Positions 40,464 through 51,016 of a DNA stretch of 64,000 bases are shown piece after piece; the stretch's first letter is position 1, and every line of letters begins with the position of its first letter. Both the position numbers and the translations under genes were made by a program. The notes beneath the pieces were generated by a model, which made no database searches, was not told the origin of the DNA, and was given only the letters and a program-made list of their open reading frames with translations. Source of the DNA: an uncultured Hormoscilla sp. (GTDB lineage: Bacteria; Cyanobacteriota; Cyanobacteriia; Cyanobacteriales; Desertifilaceae); NCBI GenBank assembly GCA_963921275.4, contig OZ001293.3, positions 3,840,001 to 3,904,000 on the forward strand. Direction: 5' to 3'.

Positions 40464-42463
40464 CAGACAGGGACTTGACAACGAGCTGAGAGATGGCTAT
40501 CATATAGAAGTAGCTTGTGAATGAAGGGCGGCTGAACGGCTGGCTAAGACATGAGACCTTAAAGTACCCGATAGACCACTGCGCAGCACCGGAGGTGGGA
40601 GGCGATACCGCTTCAGACTTCTCGGCAGCAAGGTTAAATCAACAACAGCTAGACAGTTTCCTGGCCAAAATCAAGAAACCCAAATCTGAGAAGAAAAAAT
40701 GACAGACAGGGACTTGACAACGAGCTGAGAGATGGCTATCGTAGAGAAGTAGTTTGTGAATGAAGGGCGGCTGAACGGCTGGCTAAGACATGAGACCTTA
40801 AAGTACCCGATAGACCACTGCGCAGCACCGGAGGTGGGAGGCGATACCGCTTCAGACTTCTCGGCAGCAAGGTTAAATCAACAACAGCTAGACAGTTTCC
40901 TGGCCAAAATCAAGAAACCCAAATCTGAGAAGAAAAAATAACAGACAGGGACTTGACAACGAGCTGAGAGATGGCTATCATATAGAAGTAGCTTGTGAAT
41001 GAAGGGCGGCTGAACGGCTGGCTAAGACATGAGACCTTAAAGTACCCGATAGACCACTGCGCAGCACCGGAGGTGGGAGGCGATACCGCTTCAGACTTCT
41101 CGGCAGCAAGGTTAAATCAACAACAGCTAGACAGTTTCCTGGCCAAAATCAAGAAACCCAAATCTGAGAAGAAAAAATGACAGACAGGGACTTGACAACG
41201 AGCTGAGAGATGGCTATCATATAGAAGTAGCTTGTGAATGAAGGGCGGCTGAACGGCTGGCTAAGACATGAGACCTTAAAGTACCCGATAGACCACTGCG
41301 CAGCACCGGAGGTGGGAGGCGATACCGCTTCAGACTTCTCGGCAGCAAGGTTAAATCAACAACAGCTAGACAGTTTCCTGGCCAAAATCAAGAAACCCAA
41401 ATCTGAGAAGAAAAAATGACAGACAGGGACTTGACAACGAGCTGAGAGATGGCTATCATATAGAAGTAGCTTGTGAATGAAGGGCGGCTGAACGGCTGGC
41501 TAAGACATGAGACCTTAAAGTACCCGATAGACCACTGCGCAGCACCGGAGGTGGGAGGCGATACCGCTTCAGACTTCTCGGCAGCAAGGTTAAATCAACA
41601 ACAGCTAGACAGTTTCCTGGCCAAAATCAAGAAACCCAAATCTGAGAAGAAAAAATGACAGACAGGGACTTGACAACGAGCTGAGAGATGGCTATCATAT
41701 AGAAGTAGCTTGTGAATGAAGGGCGGCTGAACGGCTGGCTAAGACATGAGACCTTAAAGTACCCGATAGACCACTGCGCAGCACCGGAGGTGGGAGGCGA
41801 TACCGCTTCAGACTTCTCGGCAGCAAGGTTAAATCAACAACAGCTAGACAGTTTCCTGGCCAAAATCAAGAAACCCAAATCTGAGAAGAAAAAATGACAG
41901 ACAGGGACTTGACAACGAGCTGAGAGATGGCTATCATATAGAAGTAGCTTGTGAATGAAGGGCGGCTGAACGGCTGGCTAAGACATGAGACCTTAAAGTA
42001 CCCGATAGACCACTGCGCAGCACCGGAGGTGGGAGGCGATACCGCTTCAGACTTCTCGGCAGCAAGGTTAAATCAACAACAGCTAGACAGTTTCCTGGCC
42101 AAAATCAAGAAACCCAAATCTGAGAAGAAAAAATGACAGACAGGGACTTGACAACGAGCTGAGAGATGGCTATCATATAGAAGTAGCTTGTGAATGAAGG
42201 GCGGCTGAACGGCTGGCTAAGACATGAGACCTTAAAGTACCCGATAGACCACTGCGCAGCACCGGAGGTGGGAGGCGATACCGCTTCAGACTTCTCGGCA
42301 GCAAGGTTAAATCAACAACAGCTAGACAGTTTCCTGGCCAAAATCAAGAAACCCAAATCTGAGAAGAAAAAATAACAGACAGGGACTTGACAACGAGCTG
42401 AGAGATGGCTATCATATAGAAGTAGCTTGTGAATGAACGGCGGCTGAACGGCTGGCTAAGACA
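40313..42463 (+). repeat. 239-bp tandem array, 9 units: NRPS module 4 3' end plus a downstream promoter
   Basis: Eight identical 61-aa ORFs at 239-bp spacing. TTGACA starts at 40475, 40714, 40953, 41192, 41431, 41670, 41909, 42148 and 42387. Units differ by a few SNPs. Confidence 0.97.
40475..40503 (+). promoter_or_regulatory. Sigma70-type promoter present in every array unit (first copy given)
   Basis: TTGACA-acgagctgagagatggc (17 nt)-TATCAT. Unit 2 has TATCGT. Confidence 0.65.
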
Positions 42464-42819
42464 TTCACCAGAGATATTAAAGTCCTCGATCGCTCAGAAA
42501 TGCGGTGACTGTGTCCATTGACAGGAAATGCACCTCATTTTTGCAAAAACACACTTGTTTGAAGGCTGGAACCCTTATTATATTCTTACCTGAGTTGCAG
42601 AAACCCGGTTTCTTATCTGTATGATTAGACAACTACTTTTGACCACACCCTCTTGATAATGACCTTAGAGGTTGCTATCATAGAGAAGTAAAGGCTGAGT
42701 AGGTGAGATGGGAGAAGTGATAACGGTGGGTGGCATAATAACCAGCCATGAATGATGGACAGAGAGACCCATAGAGTAACAGAATAAAGTTGAGAGAATT
42801 GAAAAAGGAGAGTACAATA

Positions 42820-45036
42820 ATGGACAATAAGTGGGAGCAATCGAATAAAGCATACAATATCGGTGACATAGTTGTATTTGAAGGTCGAAGATATAAGTGT
42901 ATCCAGGCTCATACAACTAACGGCGATTATAACTGGAATCCAGCAACTGCTCAAAGTTTGTGGGCACAGTATACGAGGCAATCAACTTCACAGGGGCAAT
43001 TAACTTCACAAGACATAGAAGAATTCAAGAAGAAATTCAACGAACGGAGGCAGTTCTATAAGATCCCAGGAGCAGCATTAGGGATTGTCCAAAATGGTCA
43101 AGCGATCGTGCAAGAAGGATTTGGTAAGCGAAATCTAGAATCTTCTTCAGCTGATGTGACAAAAGAAACGATTTTCGCCATAGGTTCAATGAGCAAGTCA
43201 TTGACAGCTTTGATGATCGGCACCCAAGTAGAGGCTGGTTTATATAATTGGGATACTCAAGTTAGTCAAATTAGTCCAGTGTACAAATTTAATCAATACA
43301 AGGAAATAACGGTAGCTGATTTATTGGGCATGCATTCCGGTCTAGAGGGGGCATTGAATTTTCAATATATCGATCTCGGGAAGAATCTGTTTGGTTATAA
43401 TGCCAGATACTGGAACGAACAAACGCCAATTTATCTGATAGAAAATCTCTCCTATTTGCCAGCTCCAAAAGGCAAAAAAGGGGAATATTTATACAATAAC
43501 GAATTATTTGCAAGCGGGGGTTATCTGACGCCGTTGAAAAACAAAAAGCCCACATCCCAATTATTGCAAGAATATAGGAAATTAATGCAGGATAAAGTAT
43601 TTAAGCCTATTGGTATGACAAGCACCAACATTACGGGGATGTTATCAAGTGTTAGCGATAACTATGCAATCAGCTACGGTCTGGACATGAGTGGGGGGGA
43701 AGCCAAAATTTTTAACAAAGGTGGGATCAGTATTAGCGATATTAATGGCGTGGCCCCAGCCGGTCAGGTGGTTACCAACGTTGAAGATATGAACCGTTAC
43801 CTGATTACCCTTTTGAAAGGCGGATGCAACCCCGAGGGCTCTCAAGTGATTAAGTCTGAAACTTTGCAGAAACTTTGGGATATACAAGGCAAGACCCTTA
43901 AAGACAATAGTAATAAGGAGGGGATTACGGGGAAGACAACCTACGGAATGGGTTGGTGGGTAGAAAAAATTTCCCGGAAATCTAATCCGAACGAAATCGT
44001 CACAGTCAAGCATCATGGCGGTTATTTACCATCTTGGTCCTGCATGCAGATGCTAGTTCCAGAGCAAAATGCTGGCATGGTGATTCTCACCAATAGTTGT
44101 TTTGGTCGGGAGTTTACGATGGAAATGAATCAAGAGCTGCTTAACTTGCTCTATAACTCAGATTTCAACAAAGACATTTTTATTGACAATCAAAAATATC
44201 ATGAAGGATTTCTGACAAAGTTAAAGGAGGCAATAGCCCAAAAAGTGTCAATAGCGGTACAAGACGAAAACAAAGTAGCAGAGGAAAAGAAAAAAGCTGA
44301 GAAGATTATAGGTAATTATGAAGGGGGGTGGAATTTAAATTATGATTCGGTAGATAAATGCTTGGTGCTGTATAAACAAGGCTGGATTGCTCGCTTGGCT
44401 CCTTCTAAAAATCCTGGCGATAAATATGTCTATTACATGGTAGCGTCGAACGATCACAGGGGAATGCACGTCACAAACAAAGAAGATATTTATGGAGCCG
44501 GTAAAATTTGGTTTACAAAAATTAAGGATATGAATAATATCGATCTGATGATGTATGGGGCAAAAGTTGGAGCAATCAAGAAATTGCCAGAGACGTCAAC
44601 AAAGAAGACAATATCTGAAATATTAGAATCGGAATATGACAAAGAGCGGTTTCAGCAGCTCAAAAATATATATTATCAAGAATGCGCAAAAAAACAATTG
44701 AGGGATATTATTGAGTTATTTTCAGATGACAAGAAATTACTGAATTTAAAACAGGAAAAAAAAGATGCGGTGAAAAAGAAGTTGGAGGAGGCGAAAAAAG
44801 AATTAGAGTCGGCCATTGGTAATATCACAGGGTCTTCACCAACAGAAGCAGCAGCAGCAGAGCAGCAGACGAACGAAAAAATCTCGATGATTATTTTAGA
44901 CGACGGTGACACCGAAATCACACCGGTGGAAGAAGTAACAATAATCTTAGATGATATTCCTGATAACAGCGAAAGTGACACCGAAATATCACTGGAAACA
45001 ACAATTGAGTTAATGAGAGAGATGCAAAGGGATTAA
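42820..45036 (+). CDS. CBM5/12 (chitin-binding type 3-like) domain fused to a beta-lactamase-fold serine hydrolase with an acidic C-terminal tail
   Basis: N-terminus W...AYNIGDIVVFEGRRYKCIQAHT...WNPATAQSLW. Motifs SMSK (SxxK), YNN and HHGG. RBS AAGGAG precedes ATG 42820. Confidence 0.87.
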   Translation: MDNKWEQSNKAYNIGDIVVFEGRRYKCIQAHTTNGDYNWNPATAQSLWAQYTRQSTSQGQLTSQDIEEFKKKFNERRQFYKIPGAALGIVQNGQAIVQEGFGKRNLESSSADVTKETIFAIGSMSKSLTALMIGTQVEAGLYNWDTQVSQISPVYKFNQYKEITVADLLGMHSGLEGALNFQYIDLGKNLFGYNARYWNEQTPIYLIENLSYLPAPKGKKGEYLYNNELFASGGYLTPLKNKKPTSQLLQEYRKLMQDKVFKPIGMTSTNITGMLSSVSDNYAISYGLDMSGGEAKIFNKGGISISDINGVAPAGQVVTNVEDMNRYLITLLKGGCNPEGSQVIKSETLQKLWDIQGKTLKDNSNKEGITGKTTYGMGWWVEKISRKSNPNEIVTVKHHGGYLPSWSCMQMLVPEQNAGMVILTNSCFGREFTMEMNQELLNLLYNSDFNKDIFIDNQKYHEGFLTKLKEAIAQKVSIAVQDENKVAEEKKKAEKIIGNYEGGWNLNYDSVDKCLVLYKQGWIARLAPSKNPGDKYVYYMVASNDHRGMHVTNKEDIYGAGKIWFTKIKDMNNIDLMMYGAKVGAIKKLPETSTKKTISEILESEYDKERFQQLKNIYYQECAKKQLRDIIELFSDDKKLLNLKQEKKDAVKKKLEEAKKELESAIGNITGSSPTEAAAAEQQTNEKISMIILDDGDTEITPVEEVTIILDDIPDNSESDTEISLETTIELMREMQRD

Positions 45037-45133
45037 AATTGGAAAAAGAGATCTTGTAGGACTGCCCAGATCCCATGTCAGTTGTCAATTGCTTTGTATA
45101 GACATTAATTATGGTCTCCTGCGCTATCTTAGT

Positions 45134-45247
45134 TAAGTAATAGGACAAAATTAATTGCATTAGCTTGCGGGAGCAGTTCCTGCGTTGCAAGGGTTTCCTG
45201 CGCTCCGGCACCCAGGCGATGTGTAATTAATTTTGTCTAACTACTTA
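45134..45247. mobile_element. MITE-like inverted-repeat element
   Basis: TAAGTAATAGGACAAAATTAATTGCA...TGTAATTAATTTTGTCTAACTACTTA imperfect TIRs. Confidence 0.65.
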
Positions 45248-45302
45248 GCAGAAACTGAAGTCATGGCTCTTTGGAATGGTTTGTCTTTACTTTTTTAGTA
45301 TA

Positions 45303-46321
45303 ACCTAAGTTGCGACCTATTAAAAAAAATATGAATTACCCACTTAGACTTTACAGATATTTGGGATATTTCGTAGCTTTTGATACAAAATTATATTTTT
45401 TTTGTGCTAGACGGCGGGTTGGCTGTTTATAGGTTATAATGTACTAAAATAATAGTTAATTGCTGGGGGATGTAGATGATGGAAGATATGATTACAACAA
45501 TTTTTGTTCTTTGTGACGAGCTACTAAAAGCGTTAAATATAAAAGAAGATCCACAAGTAAAAATGAACAATGCCGAAGTGATGACAGTCGGATTAGTTGC
45601 TGCATATTTTTTCGGAGGACACCACGATCGCTCTTGTCAATTTATGGTCGAACACAAGTATATAAAAAATCTGTTAAGTAAAAGTAGGTTCAATCGTCGA
45701 TTACACAATATTGACGAACCAATTTGGATGTTTTTCTTCCAAGTTATAGCGTTATAGCTCAAACATTTAAAGAGCTCAATCCGGGTCAAGAATATATTCT
45801 TGATAGTTTCCGGTGCCAGTATGTGATAATATTAGGATTGATAGATGCCAAATTTATAACAAGGAAGAATATCGAGGGTATATTGCCAGTAAAAAACGTT
45901 ATTTTTATGGATTAAGAGTTCATATGTTGGTAAACAAAAATGGAAAGCCAATAGAATTTTATCTAGATCCTGGTAGTTATAATGATTTTAAAGTTTTACA
46001 ATCTTTTGGCTTTGACTTACCATCAAATTCAATAGTTTATGGAGATAAAGCTTATAATGATTATCAATTAGAGGATTTACTAAAAGAGTCGTCAAGTATA
46101 ATGTTAAAACCTTTGCGAAAAAAGAACTCAAAAAGAAAAGAATATTCTTGTTTTGAATATATACAAAAAGTAACAAGAAAACAAGTTGAAACCTGTTTTA
46201 GTCGAATCACCAATTTGTTTCCCAAGTCAATTCATGCTGTTACATCTAAGGGATTAGAGTTGAAAATAATTCTCTTTATCATAGCTTTTTGTATCCAATT
46301 TTTATAGGTCGCAACTTGAGT
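45303..46321 (+). mobile_element. IS982-family insertion sequence, transposase frameshifted into three pieces
   Basis: TIRs ACCTAAGTTGCGACCTAT / ACTCAAGTTGCGACCTAT, 7-bp TSD TAGTATA. Motifs LSKSRFNRRL, RGYIASKKRYFYG, YGDKAY, RKQVETCFS. An 8-bp duplication (gttatagc) causes one frameshift. Confidence 0.93.
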
Positions 46322-46385
46322 TAGTATAGAACCCGAAGAGCTTTTCTGTATGACTGGTGCTAAAAGCTACTTTCCAAACATCCTC

Positions 46386-46823
46386 TCAGAAGAAAAAATA
46401 CCAGACCCCGGACTTGACAACGAGGAATGGAGATGGCTATAGTAGAGAAGAAGCTTGTGAATGTTGGGCAGAGCAACGGCTGGCTAAGGCATTTACCTCC
46501 AGACATTAAAGTCCCCGATCGCTGCGCAGCACCGGAAGTGGGAGGATATCCTGCTTCAGACTTCTCCGCAGCAAGGTGAAATCAACAACAGCTAGACAGT
46601 TTCCGGCAAAAATCAAGAAAGCCAAATCTGAGAAGAAAAAATAACAGACAGGGACTTGACAACGAGCTGAGAGATGGCTATCGTAGAGAAGTAGCTTGTG
46701 AATGAAGGGCGGCTGAAGGGCTGGCTAAGACATTCACCAGAGACCGAGACGTCCCCGATCGCTGCACAGCACCGGAAGTGGGAGGCGATACCGCTTCAGA
46801 CTTCTCCGCAGCAAGGTGAAATC
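46386..46823 (+). repeat. Two diverged copies of the 239-bp promoter/NRPS-tail unit
   Basis: TTGACA at 46414 (N18-TATAGT) and 46656 (N17-TATCGT), plus gcttcagacttctc...gcaagg blocks. A remnant gcagctagacagttt resumes at 47051. Confidence 0.88.
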
Positions 46824-46855
46824 TGACCAAAATTAAATAAATCAGAGGGGGAAAA

Positions 46856-47044
46856 ATGACAGAAGCAAATGGGAATTCACAACAAGCAGCAGAAAAGGAG
46901 GCTAAAGATGTTAGGAATAGGCGTCCTGCCGATCCCAGAATAATTTCGGTAAAGCGCTCAAATATTCCTAAAATCAGCGAACGGAAGATTAGAGTTTCAA
47001 AGGAAACAATGCGTTACTTAATTCGGAGCCTGCAATTGGATTAA
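46856..47044 (+). CDS. 62-aa protein whose C-terminus matches the C-terminus of the adjacent hydrolase
   Basis: RBS GAGGGGG. PKISERKIRVSKETMRYLIRSLQLD compared with PKASERQIKVSKETTRYLLRNLQLD. Confidence 0.65.
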   Translation: MTEANGNSQQAAEKEAKDVRNRRPADPRIISVKRSNIPKISERKIRVSKETMRYLIRSLQLD

Positions 47045-47095
47045 ACCATAGCAGCTAGACAGTTTTCAGGGAAAAACAAGAGAGAGGTCACAATC

Positions 47096-48892
47096 ATGAC
47101 AGCAGCAAAAAAAACTTTATCATCACAACAAATCGAAGATTTCAAGAAGAAATTCAACGAACGGAGGCAGTTCTATCAGATCCCAGGAGCAGCATTAGGG
47201 ATTGTGCAAGATGGTCAGGTTACTGTGTCTGAAGGGTTTGGGGTGCGAGACTTGCAGACACAGACTCCCATGACAGCAAAAACGATTTTCAACATAGGTT
47301 CAATGAGTAAGTCATTGACAGCTTTGATGATCGGCACCCAAGTGGATGAGGGTTTATATGCCTGGGATACTCCAGTGAGTGAAATTAGCTCGCAGTACCG
47401 CTTTCCCTCTGTACTCGCTTACGAACCAACGGTGACAGATTTAATGGGAATGGCTTCTGGTATAGATGGTGCGCTCAACCCTTATGCCATAATTCCCGAT
47501 CCCAACGATCCTAGTACTGCGATTATAGGTGCTAATGGAACACTTTGGAATGACCAAACGGCAATCTATACTATCAAAAACATCCAATTTTTGCCATGCG
47601 ATCCAGCCGATAAAGGGAAACATATCTACAACAATGAGTTGTATGCAAGCGCTAGTTATCTGACGCCGTTGAAAGAAAACAGGCCAACATCCCAATTGCT
47701 GCAAGCTTATAAGCAATTAATGCACGAGAAAGTATTTGATACCATTGGCATGGCAGATACCGCAATGTCTGGTACTTTGTCAAGTGTTAGCGACGACTAT
47801 GCCATCAGCTACGGCCTAGACATGAGTGACGGACAAGCAAAAACTTTTGATAAAGGTGCAGTCAGTATTAACTATATCAATGGTGTGGGCCCAGCCGGTC
47901 AGGTGGTTTCCAACGTTGAAGATATGAACCGTTACCTGATCACCATTTTGAATAACGGAGTCAACCCCGATGGCGTCGCAGTGATTAATGCTGACACTCT
48001 ACAGCAACTTTGGAATATAGAAGGCAAGGAAACTAAAACAAATCGTTATGATGCGGGGATTACGGGGACGATAACCTACGGAATGGGTTGGTGGGTAGAA
48101 GACATTCCCCGGAAATCTAATCCGGACGAAATAGTCACAGTCCGGCATCATGGCGGTTTCTTACCATCTTGGGCCTGCATGCAGATGCTAGTTCCAGAGC
48201 AAAATGTGGGCATGGTGATTCTCACCAATGGTTCTTTTGGTCGGGAGTTTACGATGGAAATGAATCAAGAGTTGCTTAACTTGCTCTATGACTCAGATCT
48301 AGACAACTTCATTGACAATGAAGCCCTTTATACTAAGTTTGTGTCGGACTTAGAAACGACAATGCCAGAGAAAGTGTCTTCATATACGGTCGTTTACGAA
48401 GACGTAGAGATGCTCCTCGGTAATTATGAAGGGCTATGGACTTTAGAGGTGGATGGAGATAATCGCTTGGTCTTGTTTAAGAACGGCTGGATTTATCACT
48501 TGTATCCTTCTCGAGAAGATCCCTTATTTATCTATTACATAGGAGCATCGAACAATCACAGGGGCATGAGGGTAAGAGAATCAAGCGATCCCGACATAGA
48601 TCCGCTTGAAGGAGCAAAAATTTGGTTTGTTGAAGACGAGCAAGAGGTCATTAACATGATTGGACCTCAAATTGGAGGGGTCAAGAAATTGCCTAATCTA
48701 TTAGAATCCGATGAGTTAAATAGATTAATCCTCAGTATCTTAGGTGATAAATCCTTTCCCCCCGCTCCCCCCGCCCCCGCTCCCCCCGCTCCCCCCGCTC
48801 CCCGTATGAGAGCTCCTAAAGCCAGCGAACGTCAGATCAAAGTCTCGAAGGAAACGACACGTTACTTACTGCGGAACCTGCAATTGGATTAA
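47096..48892 (+). CDS. Beta-lactamase-fold serine hydrolase, paralog 2, with Pro-rich linker and C-terminal tag
   Basis: IGSMSKS, IYNNE, HHGGF; PPAPPAPAPPAPPAP linker before the terminal motif. Confidence 0.9.
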   Translation: MTAAKKTLSSQQIEDFKKKFNERRQFYQIPGAALGIVQDGQVTVSEGFGVRDLQTQTPMTAKTIFNIGSMSKSLTALMIGTQVDEGLYAWDTPVSEISSQYRFPSVLAYEPTVTDLMGMASGIDGALNPYAIIPDPNDPSTAIIGANGTLWNDQTAIYTIKNIQFLPCDPADKGKHIYNNELYASASYLTPLKENRPTSQLLQAYKQLMHEKVFDTIGMADTAMSGTLSSVSDDYAISYGLDMSDGQAKTFDKGAVSINYINGVGPAGQVVSNVEDMNRYLITILNNGVNPDGVAVINADTLQQLWNIEGKETKTNRYDAGITGTITYGMGWWVEDIPRKSNPDEIVTVRHHGGFLPSWACMQMLVPEQNVGMVILTNGSFGREFTMEMNQELLNLLYDSDLDNFIDNEALYTKFVSDLETTMPEKVSSYTVVYEDVEMLLGNYEGLWTLEVDGDNRLVLFKNGWIYHLYPSREDPLFIYYIGASNNHRGMRVRESSDPDIDPLEGAKIWFVEDEQEVINMIGPQIGGVKKLPNLLESDELNRLILSILGDKSFPPAPPAPAPPAPPAPRMRAPKASERQIKVSKETTRYLLRNLQLD

Positions 48893-49010
48893 AACTGGAT
48901 TTGCATCAAAGACTATACTCTCTAGCTTTGTTAAGTAAGTAGTCAAAAGGGATGGAATGAAACCAGGTTTCTTGTCCAAACCAGGTTTCTAGTACAGCCT
49001 TGCTGTAGTA

Positions 49011-50195
49011 ATGATACCATTAGAAGATCAGAAGATGCTTTTCATTATACCGACATTGACGATTGGTTTAGTTGTTGTTTCAGCAATAGCGCTGCTATAT
49101 CTTTCTTACCCTTACTTATATATCTCACTATTTTGGTTACTCTATTTGATTTTCTTAACTTTAATCAGTAACAAGTCTTGGAACAAAGCCATATGGTTTA
49201 ATTTAAGTTTTATTATTTTTATATTTGGCTTAATTGAGATTTATTCTACTTTGTCTCTGAACGGCTGGATAGAAGGCTTGAAATTTGAAGGTAGCTATAC
49301 ACGAGATTATTTTACTGCTGACGATATCCTTGGTTATGCACCCAATAAAGCAATAGCCGTAAATTCAAAACTATCTATAAGAGGAAAGCCAATTTATGAT
49401 GTTACTTATACAATAAACGATCGAGGATTGCGGGTTTCTCCACCAGGCGATCGGGATCGATGTATATTATTTTTTGGCGACTCTTTCACCTTTGGGCAGG
49501 GGCTAGAGGACAATGAGACTTTGCCTTATCTTGTCGGTGAATTGTCAAAAGCCCAAGTATATAATTTTGGTTTTCACGGCTATGGGCCACATCAAATGCT
49601 TGCCGCTATAGAACAAGGGATGTTAGACAAAATTGTCGATTGTCAGCCAAGTTTAATTATCTATGAAGCATTTATAGGTGATATTTACAGATCGGCTGGT
49701 CGTGCCCCTTGGGATAGACATGGCCCCAAATATGCGATCGCGGCAAATGGAGGTGTAAAATATCAGGGTCACTTTGACGACAACTTCACTAAGAGTAAAG
49801 CAATAGCATTAATCAAGGAACAAGTAGAAAAGTCTTATTTTTACAAAAAGTTTTTTAAGTATAAAGCTTTAATTGATGAAGAGGATATAAAATTATTTAT
49901 CGAAATTATTAATGCTTCCTATAATCAATTAAGAGAAAAATACCCCAATGCTGATTTTCAGGTATTGTTTTGGGATAATTATCCAGAAAACCAGTTATAT
50001 CAACAAGTGATAGCAGGTTTAAGAGCAAAAAGTTTTCAGCTAGATTTAATTAGTCAAATACTACCAAACTTTTGGGATAATCAATCAAGATACCAGATCC
50101 CTGACGAACAACACCCTAATCCCCTGGCCAATCAATATATTGCAGAATACGTGGTCTCCGAAATTATGAATATGTCAGTAGTCAGTAGTCAGTAG
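49011..50195 (+). CDS. Membrane-anchored SGNH/GDSL hydrolase-family protein
   Basis: Three hydrophobic N-terminal segments, FFGDSFTFG, NFGFHGYG, DEQHPN. Confidence 0.85.
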   Translation: MIPLEDQKMLFIIPTLTIGLVVVSAIALLYLSYPYLYISLFWLLYLIFLTLISNKSWNKAIWFNLSFIIFIFGLIEIYSTLSLNGWIEGLKFEGSYTRDYFTADDILGYAPNKAIAVNSKLSIRGKPIYDVTYTINDRGLRVSPPGDRDRCILFFGDSFTFGQGLEDNETLPYLVGELSKAQVYNFGFHGYGPHQMLAAIEQGMLDKIVDCQPSLIIYEAFIGDIYRSAGRAPWDRHGPKYAIAANGGVKYQGHFDDNFTKSKAIALIKEQVEKSYFYKKFFKYKALIDEEDIKLFIEIINASYNQLREKYPNADFQVLFWDNYPENQLYQQVIAGLRAKSFQLDLISQILPNFWDNQSRYQIPDEQHPNPLANQYIAEYVVSEIMNMSVVSSQ

Positions 50196-50445
50196 TCAGT
50201 TGTGGGTAGTCATTTGTGGGTAGTCAGTTGTGGGTAAGCAGGTGGGTGCAAATAAACTGGCCTCTGTTAAGAAATGTAAAATCTCTGAATCTTTTTCTGG
50301 AAGAGGCTTTCAGCCAAGTAAACAAATATTTACTGCCGTTGAGTTTACTTATGCACACCTACTTAGTCAATTGTGGGTAGTCATTTGTGGGTAGTCAGTT
50401 GTAGGTAGTCAGTTGTGGGTAGTCAGTTGTGGGTAGTCAGTTGTG
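50175..50445. repeat. STRR-like short tandem repeats interrupted by a MITE-like element (50235-50365)
   Basis: (GTAGTCA)n and (GTAGTCAGTTGTGG)n. The insert is bounded by TAAGCAGGTGGGTGCA...TGCACACCTACTTA. Confidence 0.8.
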
Positions 50446-50896
50446 AATTTTGAATTTTCAGCGCCATCCCCTTGAGAGGCAATTTTGTCTACGAGCAAAA
50501 ATGCTTATTTACAACCCCTATTCCGCACGACAAGTTGTAACATGCTAAGGAATATGTAATTTATCCTACATTCAGCACGATAAAATGTAAGTGACAAAGT
50601 TGACATGCTTCCATTTAAAGATAATAACCCACATATTACACTACAATTGTCACATAAATAATACGTGATTGTGGGTGGTTTGGCATTCGTAAGACACCAA
50701 GTAATAAGTAAATTATGGGTGGTTTGGCAATTTTAACGTATAAATATTTATACGAAGGTCAGGTTTAGCGTTCGCGGACAGTACCAAGTAGTTGTAATCA
50801 TCGCATTTGAAATATTATAATACGAAGGCGGATAATAATGGTTAATATTTTTTTAAGATCGTGAAGGCTACTTGAGTGATATAATAAGAAAGGAAA

Positions 50897-50985
50897 TAAG
50901 CTGTCGCGCATTGAAATTGCATAGGTCGAAAAGCTGAGACCCAAGTTAAAAATGGCTTTCCTCATTGAGAATTGAGAATTGCTTA
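50897..50985. repeat. Dispersed short element, also at 60671-60767 and 63154-63250
   Basis: TAAGCTGTCGYGCATTKAAATTGCATAG...AATTGCTTA shared ends. Confidence 0.6.
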
Positions 50986-51016
50986 GCAGATATGACTGAG
51001 GAATTGAGGAGAAAGG

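Noticed and set aside
40517..42375. RiPP precursor array
   Set aside because: The peptide is the NRPS C-terminal tail, and no leader motif or RiPP maturase is present in the window.
40313..42463. CRISPR array
   Set aside because: Whole 239-bp units are near-identical, with no unique spacers and no cas genes.
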